Below, one piece after another: positions 55,470 to 64,000 of a stretch of 64,000 nucleotides of DNA; position 1 is the first letter of the stretch, and each line of letters starts with the position of its first letter. The stretch is taken from assembly GCA_964016885.1 (NCBI GenBank), contig OZ024740.1, positions 152,582,001 to 152,646,000 of the forward strand, given 5' to 3'. Source of the stretch: Eledone cirrhosa. Lineage: Eukaryota. A program made the translations under genes and the position numbers. The notes under the pieces were generated by a model. It had not been told where the DNA came from. It was given only the letters and a program-made list of their open reading frames with translations, and ran no database searches.

Positions 55470-55624
55470 ATGGTGGCATGAAATAGTAACATATGGCTGT
55501 ATGGCTAAGGAGTTCGCTTTACATACATGTGGATTCACGGCCCATCGCTCGATAGTGCCATTTTTTTATAGCGTCAAATGAAAACTGTGCTGGAGCTCGT
55601 CGTGTATATAAATATATATTTAAT

Positions 55625-57845
55625 CTTCTTAGATCTATTAAGAACACTATTGTCAATAGTGTCCAACAACGGATTTCACGCATCTCTGCTAATAAAAATA
55701 TGTTTGATGATAAGGCTGAATATTATAATGAAGCTTTAAATAGAGCAGGGTATTCGAATAAAATTAACTACATTGACAACAATAACATGGCAAATCACCC
55801 TAGTATTAATTATAATAATAATAAACAATTTAACTTAAACTCTAAACCAAACAAAAGAACTAGAACTAGAAATATTATTTGGTAACCCCCCCCCCCCCCC
55901 ATTCTCATTAAGCGTTACAACACCTTTAGCAAAGCTTTTCTTTAAAGCACTAGACAAATGTTTTCCTAAAGCCCACAGATACCACTCAATCTTTAACAGA
56001 ATACTATAAAACTATTCTACTCTACTACTATGAACATAGCACAAAATAAAAATAGAATTAATAATAGAAACTTAAATTTAAACCCTAACCAAAATAACCA
56101 TAATAGTAATAATAATATTTCTAGCAATATCCAGTATAATAGTACCGTTCCGACCAACAACAACTCCGTAAAATGTAACTGCAGAATCAAATCAAACTGC
56201 CCTTTACAAAATAAGTGTTTAGATAAAAATGTAGTCTATAAATGCACAGTTAAAACTAGAGATAATATATTTAACTATGTCGTTGCCACTTCTACAAAAT
56301 TTAAAGATCGCTGGAATAACCATAATCATTCTTTCAGAAGATCTGATAAAAAATCTTCTACTTCTCTTTCACATCTTATATGGAACTTAAAAAGAAAGAA
56401 TATAGACTATTCAATATCTTGGAAAACGATTTCGAAAGCACCTGCGTACTGAAATATGGCTTTATCAAAATTCTGTAAATTGTGTATCGAAGAAATTTTG
56501 TATATAATTAACTGTAACAACTCTATTAATCTCAGGACAGAATTATTTTCTTCTTGCAGACATCGCCAAAATTCTACATTCAGAACTATGTGCAATTTAT
56601 AATATTCTTATATATCTTTAAAATGATCCTATCTTCGTTAACAATTTAAAATTTTAATATTTTAATATATTAATATTTCTAAATGGTAATATCTCTAATA
56701 TTTGTAGTACTTTCACTTTTCATCAAAAATTTCTTTCAATATATATATATTTATTTATATATATATATGTGTATAGATATTTATATATATTTATGTATAT
56801 CTATATAATTTTAATTTTAATTTTTTAATTCTTTAATTCTTACATTATATTTTTCCAATGACACCCTCTAAAGTTATTTTTAAACGTAGATTAAAAAACC
56901 ATTAACTGACATTAGAAAAATGTATCCTATTCAAGACGATTTTTAAACATACACACTTCTTTCGACTAAATAATTAATTAATCTCACACTAACTCTTTTA
57001 AAAAAATTATCGATTAACAAACAAAATTGGAGTTATCTTTCCTTTCTCAATCATATAAACTTATTACATTATTATATACGTAATTCCGTTAAATTAAAAC
57101 ATTCTCAAAGCCGACCAAGATATTCAAATATATAAATTCATAATTTTAGGTACCTATTTATTTACATAAAATACAAAATCAACTTCCCTCGTAACTTATA
57201 TTATACACAACCACCTAAAACTTGAACTACCTATTTATTTATTTATTTATCTACATAAAACACAAAATCAACAACCTTCGTTACTCATATTATAAACAAC
57301 TAATAATTGCAAATTATCTCTTTAATAATAATACATATGCTATTATTAAAATATATATAAATATTTATATAGTTAACCCACTACAAGATAAATACTTACA
57401 AACATAAGTCTCCATATAAATATATACATAATATAGGTAAATATTCAAATTTTTTCCACAAAATTTCTCTCCTATTAATATATCTAAACTTTCCATAGCG
57501 TTTAAACGGTTTTTCAATCATATAACTCAACCTCATTTACATATTCATTTGCATACTCATCCTAACAATTTTGAAAAATCCGTTTTCTAAATGCACTATC
57601 CAAGGAAAATTCAACTGGCTATGTCAAAATTTATAAAACACACTTTGCATTTTATCTGATGAAAGCGTACCAAAGTGTTTGGTACAATTGAAATATATAT
57701 AATAGAATAAATATGGTTTTATAAATATAGTTTCCATTTATTTAATATCATTGAATATTTACTCCAGAAAACTGTCGAGTGCTCTGAATCAGTTATAAAC
57801 ATTTATATTTGTTGAATTTCCAACAAATTAAATATCCTTTCTACT
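55625..57845 (+). mobile_element. 5'-truncated Naiad-like PLE (RT thumb, Asn-rich linker, GIY-YIG, AT-rich 3' region, pLTR with HHR)
   Basis: RISRISANKNMFD...YNEALNRAGY, RNIIW, CFPKAHRYHSIFNR, CNCRIKSNCPLQNKCLDKNVVYKC...YV...KFKDRWNNHNHSF...STSLSHLIW, CKLCIEE...NLRTELFSSCRH; HHR at 57649-57708. Confidence 0.88.
57649..57708 (+). ncRNA. type I minimal hammerhead ribozyme
   Basis: attttat-CTGATGA-aagc gtaccaaa gtg tttggtac aatt-GAAA-tatata-TA-atagaat. Confidence 0.85.
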
Positions 57846-57863
57846 TATATATATATATTTCAG

Positions 57864-57914
57864 GGCTTCCTGATGATTTCTCCCGAATGAAATAGTTCTA
57901 GTCCTGTAGAAGTC
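57864..57914 (+). ncRNA. type I hammerhead ribozyme
   Basis: ggcttc-CTGATGA-tttc tccc gaat-GAAA-tag ttctagtc ctg-TA-gaagtc. Confidence 0.75.
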
Positions 57915-58227
57915 TTTTGTATATTAAATATATATACTCTGCTTTGTATTGAGTACCTTACTTACTGTGGTTACCCCCCGATTAAACCCGGTATAAACTT
58001 ATATATACGAGTATATATATTTATATATATATATATATATAACGAAGGAAATGTGGTAAGGAACCAGGTGGACCATAACGCACCAAAGTACTCAATACTT
58101 AGGGTAGTAGAGTGGGTAATAAGAACGAGTAGGACCCCGACGGCTGAGCTCAAGCCGTTTCGACTCAAGTCCAGAATTAGCCGTCGAAACGGGGTCCTAC
58201 TCGTTCTTATATATATATATATATATC

Positions 58228-58695
58228 TACGATATATTAACAAATGGAAACTATATTTATAAAACCATATTTATTTCATTATACATATTTCAAGGACACC
58301 AAGTTAAATTATGGTGTGCTTTCATCAGATAAAATATAATATAGATCAGTTTTATAAATAAATATTGACATACCCTTAAAGAATGCGACCATTTCTGTTG
58401 GAAGCTCCCGGATATTATAGTACTATCCGGGAGCTTCCAACAGAAATGGTCGCATTCTTTAAGGGTATGTCAATATTTATTTATAAAACTGATCTATATT
58501 ATATTTTATCTGATGAAAGCACACCATAATTTAACTTGGTGTCCTTGAAATATGTATAATGGAATAAATATGGTTTTATAAATATAGTTTCCATTTGTTA
58601 ATATATCGTATTTTTACTCCAATAATTTGTTGAGTGCTTTATATCATTTATAAAAATATTTGCTTGTTGTATCCCAACAATTTAAATAGAACTTC

Positions 58696-58700
<5 letters not shown>
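58228..58700. mobile_element. near-perfect 380-bp palindrome of a pLTR with an HHR on each arm
   Basis: 58228-58416 is the reverse complement of about 58422-58610. HHR tattttat-CTGATGA-aagcacacca...tggtgtcctt-GAAA-tatgta-TA-atggaata on plus at 58502-58566 and on minus at 58272-58336. Confidence 0.88.
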
Positions 58701-58785
<85 letters not shown>

Positions 58786-59338
58786 ATAAACAGAGAAAGC
58801 CTTAAGCGATACTCCGACCAACTCCATCTCACTCAACAAACATTAGTATTATCCCAATTTAGTGTTTGGGTGCTAACTAATCAGTATTTCGTGGATAATT
58901 GGTTGTATTATTTTATATGAGACATTATTAAATAAATATCTCATTTCTTCCAGACGGCCATTTCGGTTTAAGATTTCTACAATTTGGGATATTTCCAGGT
59001 TATGTAGAAACTTGTATATAATCCGTAGTTTTATACACAAGCGGGCCCTTATAAACTCATCAGTGGATGCCCAGTCAATAACGATATAAGAATTATATCG
59101 ACATTAACAGAATGGGGATGGTCTCCCTCAGCGCTAAGAAGAGACTGGTAGATTAGAATCAAGCAGTTCTCTCAAAGAAAAAATACACGCTGTCCCCAAA
59201 AGGGTAAAGAGAGGTCATCTTAAAATAAAACAATATACACGGTGGTCAATTAAACCTGTTTGGTATTAACCACGTGTATAAGAACTCAATTGGAAATTTA
59301 AAAGAATAACCACATGCATACACAACTAATTCACACAC

Positions 59339-59386
<48 letters not shown>

Positions 59387-59999
59387 TATATATATATATA
59401 TGCAAAAGGCAAATAGAAATAACAAACCAAACGGCACAGTACAATGAAGAATTATATTGTTAGTTTTGTGCTTGATATAGTAGGAAAAGAGTGTTACCGT
59501 TTCGGACGCTAGTCCTTCATCAGAAGATAGAATGAGAAGTTAAGGAATAAATAGAACGATTGAGGAGACGGACAAGGCGGAAATGGAAAAAAAATGTTTA
59601 GAGAAAAATAGCTGGTACATTCATGTTTTTTTTTTTCGTTTTTTTTGCTTTTTTTTGTATTGAAAGAAAGTATCTGATAATAAAGAATTAAAAAAAAAAA
59701 ACGAATTACTCTTTGATAAAATATTACGTTTACAATTACACCAATTTGATACTCTTTACGGCATATATTTAAGAAAATTGAAGTTGTATGTTCAATATTG
59801 TTTATCGACAGCATTTTTTAAATTGATAATGTCTATGAATTAGTTACCACTTATAAAACTATAAATGTATATTCAAATTTCTTTTGTAATCTTTTTCTGC
59901 CAAAGTGTAATTTCAGCATTGAGAATTACATCTTCGATATGCTTTAACGGTGTTTATTAAATCTTTTTTTTTTCATAAGTAAATACTGATTTCTTATAT

Positions 60000-60100
60000 A
60001 GGCACAAGGCCAGTAATTTGGGGGAGGGGGAAGTCGATTAAATCGACCCCAGTACATTACTGGTGCTTTATTTTATCGACTCCGTAAGGATGAAAGGCAC
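60000..60100 (-). mobile_element. SINE 3' part
   Basis: Reverse complement of the SINE core (ttttatcgactccgtaaggatgaaaggca). Confidence 0.7.
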
Positions 60101-60524
60101 AAACAAGCTCTCCTTTTTGAAACAATAAATAATTCTCTTCTAAATAAATTATTTATTCCTAAAATATATTTTTCTGGAATTTGATACTTCTGGTTTATTC
60201 TCATTTTTCGGGATTTCAAAATTTGAACTTTGAGGTTGTAGTGTTCGTTATTATGATCCAAATACCATTTGCTGACTAGTTGAATAGTTCCGTTATTTAT
60301 TGAAAGTATTCTAGTATTTGGAAGGTGGTAGGAAGGGTAAAAGGAAATGGCATGGGAAGGATACAAATTATACTATATTAATAAAAGTCAGACTTTTTCT
60401 AAACTTGAAATTAAGTGTACAGCGGTGTTCGTCAATATTTCTTATTTCTTATTGCACGAACATAATATGTATATATATTTAGAGACACACAATATTCAGA
60501 GAAGGAAAGGGAGAGAAGTTGATA

Positions 60525-60555
60525 TATGTGTGTGTGTGAGTGTGTGTGTGTGAGA

Positions 60556-60645
<90 letters not shown>

Positions 60646-60657
60646 ACGTGTGTGCAC

Positions 60658-60745
<88 letters not shown>

Positions 60746-60775
60746 ACGTGTGTGTGTATGTGTGTGTGTGAGTGT
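60525..60775. repeat. (TG)n microsatellite
   Basis: Direct reading. Confidence 0.97.
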
Positions 60776-63467
60776 ACGCTCCCACTTCATGTAGTCTCGC
60801 ATGTATAGATAAAATGGTGTGAAATATTCATTATTAATATCAACGTAGAAAGATATATCTGCAGCTTTTGCACTGCATGCAAATGAGTATCATCAGCTAG
60901 TATTTATAAGCAAAAGACTATACACTTTCAGCTTAATTTTGTCTTGGCGGCAAGGGATAACGTCCTCTGAAGAAGAGTAATAATCCAGAAACAGTACCGA
61001 GAGGTTCTCTCTCCTTGTTGCTATGATAGTGGTGACATGGTCACAGCTGATTAAAAAGTCTCATAGCGAGACTAAAAAGATGTTTATTATACCTAAACCT
61101 AAGCATATCGTATATGCTTTCATACACACCCTATGTATGTATGTATGTAGATATATGTATGTATGTACACACACACACACACACATATATATATATCTAT
61201 ATATCAGGATTAAGAAGGGATCACCACACAATACCATTGCTATTTGTGGAAATAACACCAGATATTAAAAGTAACCATACCAACCCTATTTGCAATTGAT
61301 TATACCTAATTAATCTAGTATACTGCAGTGTATCTAGTATGCTGGGTGGATTACACGCAAGTTGAAAAAGCATATTAGCAGAACAAAAATGAATCGCCCG
61401 CGAAAACAACATTAATTGACATCAGAGATGATTCTTTCGTGTACAGTAAATATATAATGAGAATCGAGCGAACTTAAATACAATCCTGTCGAACCTATCC
61501 ACCTTATACATTCAGCCTTCGGGGAATGTTAGCTGAGGGATATTTCAATTAAATTAGGAAAACAGACCATTCTGACAGATAGACAATTACATCATTGCAC
61601 ATCACTGCACTTGCACTATTTACATCTGCCGTGGATTAATGAAACTCACAGAATTTATTCGACTGGTATTTTTTTTACATTTTATTTTATTTTATCTTTA
61701 TCACAACATAAACGTATACTGTACAGATAAATATATTGATAAACATCCTTAAGGTTGGTTAACGAAACATCATCTGTTGGTTACATAATTTACCTTTGTG
61801 AAAGAACAACGTTGGTCGTTGTCTCAGATATTATCGACCTAAATGTTATTCAGGTATTATTCAGTTTCTTCCAAACAGACCCAGGAGTGGCTGTGTGGTT
61901 AAGAAATTCATTTCGAAATGATGAATGGACGAGTTCTATCTCAATGTGTGCCATCTTGTGCAAGTGATTTTATATATATATATATATATATATAACAGAC
62001 TTGATTCAATCTAAGCTTTTTGGAAAAATATGTATTCGAATACTGTGATGTATAAGACAGTTGAATAGATGATACCTTTAATTCGAAAGCCAAGCCTTAT
62101 GTTTGGGAATTACATTAATGGCAAACGTGTCTTTGGAATACTCAGCCATTTACATGTTAATTTAATGGCTCATCATCAAAACTGATGAAGGATCCCGCAG
62201 TTTCTTTCATTTTCAACCTTCATAAAACAATTATACCCGCAACGTGCCAGTCTGAATTTAGTTCTCTGTATCCTTTCACTGAGAGCTTCTTTATACTTAA
62301 GTTGATAAAGTGTAGAACTGTCAACTGAGGTAAAGGCAACACAAGAACAACTGAGTCCTTGAATTAATTTCATCCAGTTAATATATCAGTTCTCCGTTAA
62401 ACTTTCATTTAACTGTAATTTTTAAGGAGTAAATCAAATACTTTTGTGTTGGTGGTAGTGGTGAAGTTATTCCAGATATTTCAAGTCAAAGATATCAACA
62501 GTCTTTACTGACAAATATGTAAGCATGTAACACTATGTATTATAGATCTGAGATGTGTGTGAACGTATGCGTTTGAGTTTGTGTGTGAGTGTGTATGTCT
62601 GTGCTTGTGAATGCGCATGTGCTTATGCACCTGAGTTTATGTGGATGTGTGTTTAGACAATGAAAGAAAAACAGGAACAATGGGAGAGGGTGAAGATAAA
62701 GTGTGAATGTGAGAAATATAACTTAGAAGGAGACAGATATATAGGGTGACAACGTGACGACACAATGTGAAAATGAATCACGTGAGTTTATCACGTGAGA
62801 AAATGGAAAGAGCAGACGACATATCACATGAACATAGTGAGAAGAAAAGAAAATGCATTATTTTGATTTGCGTGTTACTTAGGTTTTACTAGTAGGCCAA
62901 ATACGTAATTTAATGATGATATATTAGTAGCGCATTAAATATTAAATAAAATTAAGATTGATATAGTAAAAAGAAAATGGATATAATGCTGATAGGTTGT
63001 TGTGTGAAAAAGAAAAGAGAAACGTATTAATATTTATGCATATTAAATGATTTTAGGTCGACGTTAGTCCTCTGTTTTTAGATGCATATATATTAATGCA
63101 GTGTGTAATGTATATGTGATTATGCATCTGTACGTTTAGGACGGGCAGAAACTATACGAGTGAGAGTGAGTGGAGAAGAGAGAGTGTCATCGATGGGTTA
63201 GTGAGGCGGTGAAAGAAACAGAAACCTGAGACAGAGATAGATATTGACATGATAGATATATAGATAATATGACAATATGACTATAAGTTATAGTAGAGAG
63301 TTGAGATAGTTGACACTTCGAAATTAATGTTTTCTTCGTAGTTAGGTCATGAAATAACACAGGAAGCCAGTATGAAATAATATCCATCCCTGAACCTTGA
63401 ACTCCTTGAACATTTTAAACCTGGCAGAGCACATCTCTCTCCTGCTGGTACACAGAGAATTGTTTGC

Positions 63468-63586
<119 letters not shown>

Positions 63587-64000
63587 AGGGAGAGAGTAAA
63601 TTAAGAAAGTAGTGGACTGGTACTTTATTTATCGACAGCCGTAAAGAAGGAAGGCAAAGTTGTCCTAGACAAGAATTGCACTGAAGGTACAGAGAGCTGG
63701 AAGTTGTAAGGCATACCATTCTACGACTGTCAATTCACTGTCTTATACGAATTAATATCAGTTCGTAACATGAGTATCTAGAGAGGGGACAACTATAAGA
63801 GGAATATTGCATAAACGAATCCACTCAGGTTATTTAAGTAACGCCCAGACAATAATAATAATGACTTGTAAAATTCAAACCACCGGTAGATTTTTGGATG
63901 CAAGCGCACTTTTATCATTGTATGTCTGTGTGCATGGCTGCATGTATACATGTCTGTATGAATATATATAATAGCACCACCTGGCGAAGTCTTTCGAATC

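Noticed and set aside
59490-59530. Minus-strand CTGATGA-aggactagcgtcc-GAAAcggTA
   Set aside because: Core and stem II are present but there is no stem I pairing; likely degenerate, so not counted.
60960-61005. CTGAAGA...GAAAcagTA
   Set aside because: Stems II and III are disrupted.

Overview
AT-rich eukaryotic (animal) genomic DNA, most likely an octopus/cephalopod intergenic or intronic region; the taxon is inferred from the repeat landscape, not proven. I find no supportable host protein-coding gene, and most ORFs in the track are microsatellite translations. The window is a mosaic of: (i) long (TA)n, (CA)n, (GA)n and (GATA)n microsatellites; (ii) five decayed copies of a Tx1-like LINE (CCHC gag-like ORF1 plus APE-RT ORF2), three head-to-tail on the minus strand and two on the plus strand, with several termini abutting (TATC)n; (iii) remnants of Penelope-like elements (PLEs; RT and GIY-YIG pieces), an R4/Dong-like LINE, an RTE-like LINE, a mariner transposase, a mariner MITE and tRNA-derived SINEs. 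The least obvious layer is roughly 20 type I hammerhead ribozyme (HHR) motifs, found by eye on both strands, in short PLE pLTR-like units from many unrelated families that often sit in fold-back inverted repeats next to (TA)n. Three unrelated families carry the same compensatory core variant (UUGAUAA, U3-A8 instead of C3-G8). One of these forms a 594-bp tandem dimer that looks like a retrozyme able to release a unit-length, possibly circular, RNA. All folds were paired by hand; none was computed or tested.
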